This document shows, in pieces, positions 54,988 through 64,000 of a stretch of 64,000 bases of DNA. Position 1 is the stretch's first letter. Each line of letters begins with the position of its first letter. The notes beneath the pieces were generated by a model, which had not been told where the DNA came from, did not search any database, and saw only the letters and a list, made by a program, of their open reading frames with translations. A program made the position numbers and the translations under genes. Source of the stretch: Savitreella phatthalungensis (taxonomy: Eukaryota); contig AP039695.1 in the NCBI GenBank assembly GCA_051599415.1, positions 558,001 through 622,000 of the forward strand, read 5' to 3'.

Positions 54988-55611
54988 CTAGGACACTTGC
55001 TGCATCACCTTTCTCAGGAGCTCGCTCAAGATGCGGGCCTTCTCGGCCTGCGGCATTTCCTGGAAGACCTCGTAGACTGACTTTCCCTTCCGGTCTCTAA
55101 CGGCTCCAAGTCGATTGCCTGCTGCTGCACCGATGAACAGCCCCGGAACATTGGCGACAATGAAACCAAGCACAGCGCCAGCGGCGCCCCCAGCAATGCT
55201 ATATAAGTTCCCCGTGCCGTCTCGAGCTGCCGAACTCGAATTTGCGTCCGATTGAGCCGCCTCATCATTCATCATCTCCTCGAAGACATTGGCGAATTGC
55301 TCGGAAGCGCGAGCCTCAGCGGTCGTGCTACTGTGGCTATTATCGCCGGCCCCAAACCAACCCGAAAATCCTCCCGACGCGGTCTGCGAGGACCTGTCGG
55401 CATCGTATGTCCTGCGCCGTCCTGGGTCAGACAGCACGTAATAAGCGTTATTAACCTCCTGAAATGCGGCTGTTGCACGACGCTGTTCCGGCGTATTGGC
55501 TGCAAACCGATCCGGATGTGTCTCAAGTGATCGCTTCTTGTATGCGCGGCGTATGTCCGCAGCACCAGCGTCTGATGACAGACCAAGAATCATATATAAG
55601 TCCGCAGCCAT
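54988..55611 (-). CDS. DnaJ-domain protein with C-terminal glycine-zipper-like membrane segment
   Basis: DLYMILGL...IRRAYKKRSLETHPDR...FQEVNNAYYVLSD; GGAAGAVLGFIVANVPGLFIGAAAG. Confidence 0.92.
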   Translation of the reverse strand: MAADLYMILGLSSDAGAADIRRAYKKRSLETHPDRFAANTPEQRRATAAFQEVNNAYYVLSDPGRRRTYDADRSSQTASGGFSGWFGAGDNSHSSTTAEARASEQFANVFEEMMNDEAAQSDANSSSAARDGTGNLYSIAGGAAGAVLGFIVANVPGLFIGAAAGNRLGAVRDRKGKSVYEVFQEMPQAEKARILSELLRKVMQQVS

Positions 55612-56020
55612 ATCGTCTCTCTGCCAAGTCCTTGGTCGAGCTTAAGGACACGTCAGATTATTTCGTGCACAGCTGATGATGTGGGGGATCGAGCTCTGAT
55701 TTACAGGCACACGAGAAGAGATCACTCATCCAGCTCTGGGCCTGAAAGTTTGTCGGGGGCGGTCAGACTGGGAATTTTGAAGCTGCACATAGAATCAACT
55801 TGCCCCAAATCATCTATGCAGTAATTTTCATCATCAATCGCTTCGTGGTGAATCCGGCACGTGCAACCTGCTCGCGATTGGTTCAGTGTAAAATTCCAAT
55901 ATGCTCAGCTTGCAAAGCCCAATGCAGGATGTCAAAAGACGCGCAAGGAGCGTCATAGGTGTAAATGCGAACTGTCATCGAGGTAGAAGTACTGCACACG
56001 TGCTGTGAGATGTTGGTATC

Positions 56021-57652
56021 ATGCTAAGGTTGCCATGGTCCCGGGACATCCTACGCGGCGCGCGATTCTATCTCCGGGTGAGTCCGCCGCGGCTAAAGCT
56101 AGGTCGCACGTATGCCACAGGCGCATCCCTCCTTCCGAAGCTGCCGAAGAGAGTGCCGACTAAGCAGGAATTACTGGCCTCAGCCGATGGCTTGATCGGC
56201 AGGACAAAAGTACGACTGCGATGGCTGCTCACTCGTTCCAACCGACCATTCCGCACAGACGATTATGTTGCGTTCTTCTCGTGGCTTATATGGGGACATC
56301 TTGTATGGATTATTGTCGGAACCACGACTTTCTTCTCGTTGGCAATCGCTGCAATCAATTCCGTCTCTGCCCAGGAGTTCCTGGCTCGCCGCGTCGGAGA
56401 GTATTTGACAAGGTCGAGCGGCATCACGATCGTCTTTGAAAGCGCGATTGTGCCGCAATGGAAGTCCGGCTGCATTTCATTCCGTAATATCTTTGTCTCT
56501 CGGAGGCCAAGGAAGATGTCACTCCCAAAAGGTGTGACACAGGGAAGCTTGGCGGTGGCGACGGCTGAGGCCGCTGCCAAACTCTCTCCGCTGCCATCGA
56601 TTTTGCCTGAGGGCGATATACAAACACCAATCAATGAGGCTGAGGAGGATACGAATTACACGCAATTCGATCTGACAATTGAGGAGGTCAATGTGGTCCT
56701 GAGCTTTATGCAGTGGTGGAGTGGCAAAGGCTTGCTTAAAGAGTTAGAGCTCAAGGGCGTTCGCGGTGTCATCGACCGGACGTCGGTGCACTGGGATGAA
56801 TCTTTACTCCAGCGCGATCCACTTTCCTGGCGATACGAACCACAGTATGGCGACTTTGAGATTTCCTCATTCAAGCTCGAGGATCTGCTGGTTACTGTTC
56901 ATCAGCCTGACGGCTTCCGGCCATTTACAGCGAGTATATACTCGTGTGACCTTCCTCGCTTACGCAAGCGCTTCCTCTTTTACGACCTCCTCAACGCAAA
57001 TCATCTGAGCGGCTCGTATGATGATAGTCTGGTCACATTGCACCCAAAGCAGTCTTTTTCTGCTAAAGGTGACGTTCGCGAGTCGCGCTTCCGCATGGAT
57101 GCGCTCGCAATCGATCACATCAATAAAGGTGTCGAAGGTCCCATGGGCTGGATCGTCGAGGGCACGTGCGACGTCCTTGCAGACCTACGCTTCCCATCGG
57201 AGCCAACAAACGATGGAGCGCGCATCGTAGAAGAGGTTCTCAGCAATATCACCGGCGCTGCGCCGCATCCACCAGATGCTTCTGCTGTGTCAATCGATGT
57301 GTCTTTCCGGCTCAACGACGCAAAAGCACACGTTCCCCTTGTACAGAACGACCTGTCCTCTATCAACAGCGCGCTAGTACGGCCTATCGTCGGATTCATC
57401 AACTCGCGGCGGACCTTCATACCCATTCACACAGAGGTCGTCCTGCCTCTCGACAATTTCACGGGTTCTTGGACATGGTTCGATTGCGGCTTGCACACCA
57501 GTGTCAGCATCGGTCTATACAATGGTTTTGTGGACAGTCTACACGAGCGGGCTCGCACCAGAAGGCGAATGAAGGCGGTTGGATTCTGGTCTTTACAGAT
57601 GGTAGCTCAGCTTGTGCTTGTCGGCATGCGCAACTTGGTGCCATCTACGTGA
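56021..57652 (+). CDS. MDM31: mitochondrial distribution and morphology protein Mdm31/Mdm32
   Basis: RWLLTRSNRPF, GTTTFFSL, IVFESAIVPQW, NYTQFDLTI, GVRGVIDR, RPIVGFINSRRTFIPI. Confidence 0.93.
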   Translation: MLRLPWSRDILRGARFYLRVSPPRLKLGRTYATGASLLPKLPKRVPTKQELLASADGLIGRTKVRLRWLLTRSNRPFRTDDYVAFFSWLIWGHLVWIIVGTTTFFSLAIAAINSVSAQEFLARRVGEYLTRSSGITIVFESAIVPQWKSGCISFRNIFVSRRPRKMSLPKGVTQGSLAVATAEAAAKLSPLPSILPEGDIQTPINEAEEDTNYTQFDLTIEEVNVVLSFMQWWSGKGLLKELELKGVRGVIDRTSVHWDESLLQRDPLSWRYEPQYGDFEISSFKLEDLLVTVHQPDGFRPFTASIYSCDLPRLRKRFLFYDLLNANHLSGSYDDSLVTLHPKQSFSAKGDVRESRFRMDALAIDHINKGVEGPMGWIVEGTCDVLADLRFPSEPTNDGARIVEEVLSNITGAAPHPPDASAVSIDVSFRLNDAKAHVPLVQNDLSSINSALVRPIVGFINSRRTFIPIHTEVVLPLDNFTGSWTWFDCGLHTSVSIGLYNGFVDSLHERARTRRRMKAVGFWSLQMVAQLVLVGMRNLVPST

Positions 57653-57761
57653 TGCAGCTACATAGGGTCCTTGCAAAACGCTCATGCATAATTGTAAGTA
57701 GAAACGGCAATGACGAGACATGATCAAAATCGCCATATTTGGTTGAAGGAGATATTTCCAT

Positions 57762-58439
57762 ATGTTCAGGCACGATACCACATCCTTGCACACGCCAGGA
57801 CAGGGAACCGCGCTCATCATGGATATGACTTTAACATCGGAGGGAAAACCAGCATTCGCTCCAGCAAACGATGCAAGCGGTGTCCGACGAGTCAAAGCGC
57901 AGTCGCAGAAAGTACCGATCCCACCTCATCGCATGACACCGCTGAAGGCTCAATGGCCGAAGATTTATCCTCCCCTGGTTGAACACCTGCTCTTGCAAGT
58001 AAGGATGAATATTAAATCTCGCGCGGTTGAGTTGCGCACTTCGAAAGAGACCAGGGATTCGGGTGCGCTCCAGAAGGGCGCCGATTTTGTGCGCGCATTT
58101 GCGCTAGGCTTCGATATTGACGACGCAATAGCCCTGCTTCGTCTCGACGACCTTTACATGGACTCGTTTGAGGTCAAAGATGTGAAGACCCTCCAAGGGG
58201 ATCACCTGTCCAGAGCAATCGGCAGAATTGCTGGTAAGGATGGCAAGACCAAGTTCGCAATCGAGAATGCGACAAGGACTCGCATTGTGCTCGCTGATTC
58301 CAAGATTCATATCCTCGGCGGCTTCCAGAACATCAAAGTAGCTCGGGACGCGGTCGTCTCACTGATCTTGGGCTCACCTCCAGGCAAGGTTTACGCTAAT
58401 ATGCGCAATGTATCTGCCAGAATGAAGGAACGCTTCTGA
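57762..58439 (+). CDS. PNO1: pre-rRNA processing KH-domain protein Pno1/Dim2
   Basis: KVPIPPHRMTPLK, DAIALLRLDDLY, HLSRAIGRIAGKDGKTK, LILGSPPGKVY. Start is 57762 or 57819. Confidence 0.96.
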   Translation: MFRHDTTSLHTPGQGTALIMDMTLTSEGKPAFAPANDASGVRRVKAQSQKVPIPPHRMTPLKAQWPKIYPPLVEHLLLQVRMNIKSRAVELRTSKETRDSGALQKGADFVRAFALGFDIDDAIALLRLDDLYMDSFEVKDVKTLQGDHLSRAIGRIAGKDGKTKFAIENATRTRIVLADSKIHILGGFQNIKVARDAVVSLILGSPPGKVYANMRNVSARMKERF

Positions 58440-58648
58440 CGATGACTATAACAGGAAACGACACTGCAAGAGAGGGAGCTTGGCGCGCGGGCTCTCCTCT
58501 ATACCCACAAATCACGACCATGCATATGTATAGCCAGCTTGCAAATATATGTATTTAATGAAGACACGTTTCAAAATCGAGCACCGTGACGCGTTCGCTC
58601 CACGACAGTTGCGCAGACTTTTAAATCAGCAGTTTTCACGCCAAAGCC

Positions 58649-59419
58649 ATGGTTAAGCCATTCTCCGAGAGAGTCAGGCCCAGCACGCTCGTTCTCTTTG
58701 ATGTCGACGGCACGCTGACACCTGCCCGTCGGGAAGCATCCCCAGAAGTGATCGAGTTGCTCGCGCAGCTGCGCGATCGCGTCGTCATCGGCTTTGTCGG
58801 CGGCTCTGACCTTGCTAAGCAACAAGAGCAGATTGGCCAGCCAGCCGGAAAGCCTGTGATTGAGTTGTTCGACTTTGCTTTTGCGGAAAATGGTCTCACA
58901 GCCTACAAGAACGCCGAACAACTTGCATCGGCATCGTTCATCGGCTGGATCGGTGAGGACAAGTACAAGGAGCTGGTCAAGTTCGTCCTCCACTACGTCG
59001 CCGATCTCAATATTCCAAAGAAGCGCGGCACCTTCATCGAATTTCGCAATGGCATGGTTAACATCTCGCCAATTGGCCGTAACGCGTCCAACGCTGAGCG
59101 TGACGAGTTCGAGCAATATGATAAGCAGCACAATATTCGTTCGACGATGGTCAAGGCGCTCAAGCAAGCATTTCCGAACCTCGGCGTGACCTACTCCATC
59201 GGCGGTCAAATCTCATTCGACGTCTTTCCAACGGGCTGGGACAAGACATATTGTCTGCAGCACGTGGAGAAAGAGGGCTTCAACGAAATCCACTTCTTTG
59301 GCGACAAGGCGTACGAGGGTGGTAACGATTGGGAGATCTATAACGACCCGCGCACGATCGGACATAAGGTTACAAAGCCCGAGGATACGATGAAGATTCT
59401 CAAGGAGCTGTTTTTTTGA
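58649..59419 (+). CDS. SEC53: phosphomannomutase (HAD IIB)
   Basis: [38 protein letters not shown]...GGND. Confidence 0.98.
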   Translation: MVKPFSERVRPSTLVLFDVDGTLTPARREASPEVIELLAQLRDRVVIGFVGGSDLAKQQEQIGQPAGKPVIELFDFAFAENGLTAYKNAEQLASASFIGWIGEDKYKELVKFVLHYVADLNIPKKRGTFIEFRNGMVNISPIGRNASNAERDEFEQYDKQHNIRSTMVKALKQAFPNLGVTYSIGGQISFDVFPTGWDKTYCLQHVEKEGFNEIHFFGDKAYEGGNDWEIYNDPRTIGHKVTKPEDTMKILKELFF

Positions 59420-59457
59420 GTCTTTTCCTATTAAATATACATTGAATACAGATCGGT

Positions 59458-62400
59458 TTACTCTCGTCCGTTCTGGACTCGTGCGGCACGCTCGAGCTTA
59501 TGCCGTTCCGCACGATCGGCGGCGGCAGCGTTGGCGATCGAGCGCAAGCGTATGCTGGCAATCACAGCTGCGGCCACTGCGCGTAGGCGCAGAGGCGAGT
59601 TGCCATGCCTAGGGCTTGCCGTGCTTCGTGCGCCGCCTGCCGTGATGCCGATTTGCCTGACGATGAGTAGATTTGCCTGATTACACGCCTCGAAAGACGA
59701 GATTTGCCGGTCGTAGAAGCTCTTGATGAACGTCAGATCCTGTGCACGCGCCGCTTGCTTTTCGCGCGCATTTTGCACGAAGCGGAGCATGCGGGTGAGG
59801 CCTGCCGTGTGAGCCCTGTGCCGCTCCTCTGATACCCTTACGCTGGTCTGTAGGCCGTCAATCTTGGACTGCAATTCGCGTTCGGTCAGCTCGTAGTCTT
59901 CTTGTAGCACTGCGTGACGATTGATGGCGTCATCTAGATCGCGATTGAGTTCGGCGCGTTCGCGCTGTAGGGCGCCGAGCTCGCGCAATTGGTCATCGAA
60001 ACGCTTTGGCAGGTCAGCGGAAGGCGCACGGCTAAGTGCATCTTCGAGAGTAGCGATCTGCAAGCGCATCGCTTCCCTCTCCTGATCGACCTGAGTCTGA
60101 GCGTGGCGCTCGGTCGCGATGGCGGATTCGAGCTCGCGCAAATCGCTTTCGAGACGCTCGCAACGTCCCGCAGCCTCCATCCGGGCTTGTTCGGCATGAC
60201 GCATCTCCGTTTGTCGATCTTGTTGCTCGCGAAGTAGTCTCTCGGCAATCTCTTTCAGCTCCCGTGTCAATGATTCAACTGATTCTGCTGAGTTTCGTCG
60301 AGCATCTTCTAAACCGGATGTTGCTTCGTCAAGTTGTAGTTCCAGGAGATCTCGCTCTGCAGCTAGCTCGCTTGCTTCTGTTTGTGCCCCGACAAGATCC
60401 TCCTTGACGGCCATCAGCTCGGCTCGTAGTTTGACCCGCTCCGACTCAGCCAGCGAGTCATCTGCGCTGGTAGGACGTTGCTCGAGCGCATTCTCCAGCT
60501 CGGTCTCCAAGCGTTGACGCTCCTCTGAAGCCTCTTCGATCCGTCTTGTCACTGCCATCACTCTGGCATCGGCAGATTCGAGTGCTAGGCTGAGCCGTGC
60601 GCATTCGTTCTCCGCACTGGCCACCTTATCATGCAACGCGCCCAGCTCACCTTCAGACTTGGCTAGGCGAGCTTTGAGGTCAGCGCATTCGCCCATGGCT
60701 GTCGCGTGATCCATCTGCACCTTGGCGAGAGCTGTCTCGGACTCGCGCAAGCTGTCCTGCAGCGCCACGCGCTGAGCAGTGGACGTCTCGACTGTTGTGG
60801 CCGCCTCGAAGATTTCCAACTTCAACCGTTGACATTCGCGCTCAAGATCGTCGCGTATTTGTTCCAGCCTTCGATGCTGCATCATGAGCTGATCATGCGC
60901 CTCTGCAGCCTCGTGCACCTCGCAACGAGCTGCATCCCGTGCGCGTTCGAGATCGACTACCTGATCTTGCAACGCTTTCTCACGCGAATCGAATCGCACG
61001 CGCTCCATCTGCAACGCGTCTTTCCAGCGAGCTTGGTCGAGATTCAGTGTTTCCTCTTGCTCGCCGAGGCGGCGGATCGTCGCCTCTAGACTTTGCATCT
61101 GCTCTCTCGAGACGCCCAAATCACGTTCGAGCTTGATTCGTACTTGCCTAGCTTCGTCGAGCTTCCTTTCGTGAGCGGCTGACTGAGCTGCGAGCTGCAG
61201 CTCGATTTCAGTGTACTGTCGCGTCGCCGCAGCCACAGTCTCTGTGCGCTCTTGTTCCGCAGCCTTAAGCTCAGCTTTGTGCGCGGTCGATGCTTCTGCG
61301 TGCACCGCCCGGAGCGAGAGCAAACTTGTCTCAAGCGCCGCAGCTTTCTCGTCCTTCTGGCGCAGACTTGAATTCACAGTGGCCAACTCAGTCTGTAAGG
61401 CAACCAGCTGAAGGTCCCTCTCCTTCACGTCAGCCTCGATTCGTACGATGTCTGCGAGCCGCAGGCGTTCTCGTTCGCCCTCTGTCACGCTTTCGGCTTG
61501 TCCCTTTGCCAACTCCTCGCGAGTGCTACTTAGTTCTTTGCTCGCATGGGCAAGGTGCTCGTGTGCAATCTCAACTTCACGCTGCAAGGCTTCAACTTCC
61601 GCGTCGCGCTCTTCATCGCGTATCATGGCGGCTTCGAGATCAGCTTCGAGGTCGTCGACCTTCTGTGCCAGGTCAGCGACTTCGCTTGCCAGATCGTGCT
61701 TCTCGGCATTGAGTTGATTGAGACGCGCTGCTTGCTCATCTTCGGGCGAAGCCCTGTCACGTAGCTGCTGTAGTTCGAACGATCTATCCGCCAGTTGGCC
61801 CTGAAGGTGGCTTGCCTCGTCCCTCTGCTCCGCGAGCTGTCGCTCCAAAGACTCACGGAGCTCGGCTAGCTGCGTCCGTTCGGCATTTGTCCGCTCTAGC
61901 TGCATCTCGAGCATTGTCGTCTTGACGGAGAGTTCCTCGTGCTCGGCCTCGAGGACATCGTTGCGTTCTTCGAGTGAGTTCGAGCGCCGTTCGATAGTCT
62001 GTGCCCGGTTCTGGAGTGAGATGAGTTCCGCGTGTCGCTCTTCCAATTGTTCACGGAGCACTTGGACGAGCTCGTCATCATCGGCTGAACGAGTTTGCGA
62101 TATCAACTCATCGTGCTTCGTCGCTAGTATTTCGTGCTCAAGCTTCAGATCCTCGAGTTCGTCCCTTACTTGGCCGAGCTCCTCTGTCATACGCTCATGG
62201 TCCTCCTCGAGCTCCCTCGTCGCCGCAACTGCATCGTTGAACCGCTGAGTCATGATATCAAGGTCGCCTTCGAGCTCCGCATGGGCGTCGGCTTCATCCT
62301 GTAGCCTCTTAATCTCTGCCAACGCATCGTCGCGCTCGCTTGCCAATGCATCCATTTTGGCGCGTTCTGCATCGGACATGCCATGCTCGAGCTGACATTC

Positions 62401-63027
62401 GGGCTGGATGATGCTCTGACTAACCTGTTCTGCCATGAGAGCGACCTTGCCCTCAGTATCGGCAAGTAGCTTTTTGTACTTCTGGATCTCCAACGATAAA
62501 GCAGCTAGCTCGACCTTGTTCGCAATATTCTCCTTCAGGGCAATCTGGACATGCTCTGGGGATGATTGATAGATCTGTTTTTCCATCAAGAACACCTTGA
62601 GCTTGAGCTCCCAATTCTCCTTTTTCAGCTTGTCCATGTGCTTTTCCTGCTCGCGAATCCCCGCGTCGCCGACGGCAGAGCTGACAGACGCATCAGCATG
62701 ACCATCGTCAGGCTGATCGGTGCGCAAAGACAAGGCAAGTTGATTTTGGGGATGGTTGGAATGTTGTCTGAACGATACTGGCGTCAGCCCACTGTTTTCG
62801 TATGTCATATCGATTTGGCGGTTTCGTTTGACGGCGCTCTTGAGCAAAGGTGTGAACTCCCCCGCCTGTTGCCGGTTGAGATCCGCATGTCGTGGTTGTA
62901 GCGGCTTGCGCTCTGCTGCTTTGGTTGGGGGCTCGATGAAGGACTCGACATCACCGAATGACATGGAGACTTCCTGGATACGGCGTTGCGTTTCGCCTCT
63001 TGCAGGCGTTGCAATCGTGCCCAGCAT
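59458..63027 (-). CDS. pcp1: spindle pole body pericentrin-like protein (Pcp1/PcpA/Spc110)
   Basis: N-terminal CM1 motif IREQEKHMDKLKKENWELKLKVFLME, long coiled coil, C-terminal PACT-like DLTFIKSF...FEACNQANL...RLRAVAAAVIASIRL. Confidence 0.88.
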   Translation of the reverse strand: MLGTIATPARGETQRRIQEVSMSFGDVESFIEPPTKAAERKPLQPRHADLNRQQAGEFTPLLKSAVKRNRQIDMTYENSGLTPVSFRQHSNHPQNQLALSLRTDQPDDGHADASVSSAVGDAGIREQEKHMDKLKKENWELKLKVFLMEKQIYQSSPEHVQIALKENIANKVELAALSLEIQKYKKLLADTEGKVALMAEQVSQSIIQPECQLEHGMSDAERAKMDALASERDDALAEIKRLQDEADAHAELEGDLDIMTQRFNDAVAATRELEEDHERMTEELGQVRDELEDLKLEHEILATKHDELISQTRSADDDELVQVLREQLEERHAELISLQNRAQTIERRSNSLEERNDVLEAEHEELSVKTTMLEMQLERTNAERTQLAELRESLERQLAEQRDEASHLQGQLADRSFELQQLRDRASPEDEQAARLNQLNAEKHDLASEVADLAQKVDDLEADLEAAMIRDEERDAEVEALQREVEIAHEHLAHASKELSSTREELAKGQAESVTEGERERLRLADIVRIEADVKERDLQLVALQTELATVNSSLRQKDEKAAALETSLLSLRAVHAEASTAHKAELKAAEQERTETVAAATRQYTEIELQLAAQSAAHERKLDEARQVRIKLERDLGVSREQMQSLEATIRRLGEQEETLNLDQARWKDALQMERVRFDSREKALQDQVVDLERARDAARCEVHEAAEAHDQLMMQHRRLEQIRDDLERECQRLKLEIFEAATTVETSTAQRVALQDSLRESETALAKVQMDHATAMGECADLKARLAKSEGELGALHDKVASAENECARLSLALESADARVMAVTRRIEEASEERQRLETELENALEQRPTSADDSLAESERVKLRAELMAVKEDLVGAQTEASELAAERDLLELQLDEATSGLEDARRNSAESVESLTRELKEIAERLLREQQDRQTEMRHAEQARMEAAGRCERLESDLRELESAIATERHAQTQVDQEREAMRLQIATLEDALSRAPSADLPKRFDDQLRELGALQRERAELNRDLDDAINRHAVLQEDYELTERELQSKIDGLQTSVRVSEERHRAHTAGLTRMLRFVQNAREKQAARAQDLTFIKSFYDRQISSFEACNQANLLIVRQIGITAGGARSTASPRHGNSPLRLRAVAAAVIASIRLRSIANAAAADRAERHKLERAARVQNGRE

Positions 63028-63544
63028 GACGGGCTTGCCCAGGCCTCGTCGCTACTTGTGCCGCTGCTACTCCAATCAATGATCTTGCAGAGAGCGTGCT
63101 GCCGTCGTGGTCTTGGATTTATGATGAGAGCGGAGCGCGCGCACGCGAGAGACTGTACATAGCTGGGAGATTTTTGTGCAAAAATGTAAACAAACACGAT
63201 CGATTTCGTACTCAATTGCGACTTTCGAATCGAGCTCAATCGATCGGGCATATGATGTTTGACTGAATCTAATTCGGGTCCGCACAATTTCGTGCACGTG
63301 CGCGTATTAGACCGATGCATACAGATACTCCAATCGAGTATCTTGCATATCAATTTCGAATCTGTTGCTAATTCGGAGTACTACGGCCCTTGCGTCTGTA
63401 TGATATGCAGCTTTTGAGTCAAGCGGCGAGCCGTTTCTGGTCACATTGTTTCTACAGCCACTCTATCAATCCAGGAAGCGCATGCAGCGGACGTACATGA
63501 CGAGCCCACAGCCTCATGATGCAACGATGTAGACTTTTTCAACC

Positions 63545-64000
63545 CTACGACTCTTCGTCAACCTTGCTGATCGTCCCTGTGGCATTAGCCATACCTATTT
63601 CTCCAATGAACTCCATCGATCGTATCCGTGTCTCGTCTTCCTCGCCTGCGTTGCCCTCCACAAACACGATCAGACTATTGACGCGCTGAAATTTGACATA
63701 ACGGAGTTGCACCGTGGCCTTTCCTCCATCATCGTACTCGATACTGTGGATCTCTTGTATGGCTGGCAAGGAGTCAACTTCATCAAAGCTGATGATCGCG
63801 GGCCGATTCAAATAGAACCTCAATTTTGTCGGGGCATTGCTCAGATGCTCAGACTCCACTCTGATGGTGATAGAATGGATCTTGACAAGTTCCTGGAAAG
63901 GCACGAATAGCATCAATTGTTCATCCGCGTCTGATATCACGCCCGGGCCATCCTTACTGATCATCGATCGTAGCGTCGACGGGTCGGCTGCATTCAGAAT
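63545..64000 (-). CDS. PITH-domain protein (thioredoxin-like Txl1 C-terminal part), 5'-truncated by the window edge
   Basis: ISDADEQLMLFVPF, KIHSI, APTKLRFYLN, LRYVKFQRVNSL; frame is open to base 64000. Confidence 0.88.
   Translation of the reverse strand: MLNAADPSTLRSMISKDGPGVISDADEQLMLFVPFQELVKIHSITIRVESEHLSNAPTKLRFYLNRPAIISFDEVDSLPAIQEIHSIEYDDGGKATVQLRYVKFQRVNSLIVFVEGNAGEEDETRIRSMEFIGEIGMANATGTISKVDEES

Noticed and set aside
58571..59209. 212-aa antisense ORF over SEC53 (also 37873..38580 over the ammonium transporter, and many shorter ones)
   Set aside because: Shadow ORFs expected from codon bias of the sense genes; no protein-like motifs.

Overview
Gene-dense, intron-poor fungal nuclear DNA. 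The four introns found are 46-53 nt, with a CTAAC/CTGAC branch point close to the 3' YAG. I infer an early-diverging ascomycete (Taphrinomycotina-like), but did not verify this. About 32 protein genes are present, mostly conserved housekeeping genes: FMP32-like, APL5, YIH1, CAR2, synaptojanin, RGD2, an M1 aminopeptidase, LSM6, PIH1-like, ATG5, GFA1, an HhH-GPD glycosylase, UPS1, STT4, an ammonium transporter, PRP39, Sld7-like, NEDD8, AVT3, ERG11, a bHLH factor, SPE1/ODC, a DnaJ protein, MDM31, PNO1, SEC53, Pcp1 and a partial PITH protein. Four genes need splicing and are wrong or missing in the ORF track. I found no tRNA, rRNA, transposon or CRISPR, and no clearly new multi-gene system. Best leads: (1) an unannotated, extensively base-paired, G-U-rich segment at ~21.9-22.3 kb that looks like a structured + strand RNA; (2) an AUG-less upstream ORF ending Pro-stop 10 nt before the ODC start; (3) a compact Sld7-like gene; (4) extreme gene packing; (5) several orphan or secreted proteins. 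All family calls come from motif recognition by eye; no database search was run.
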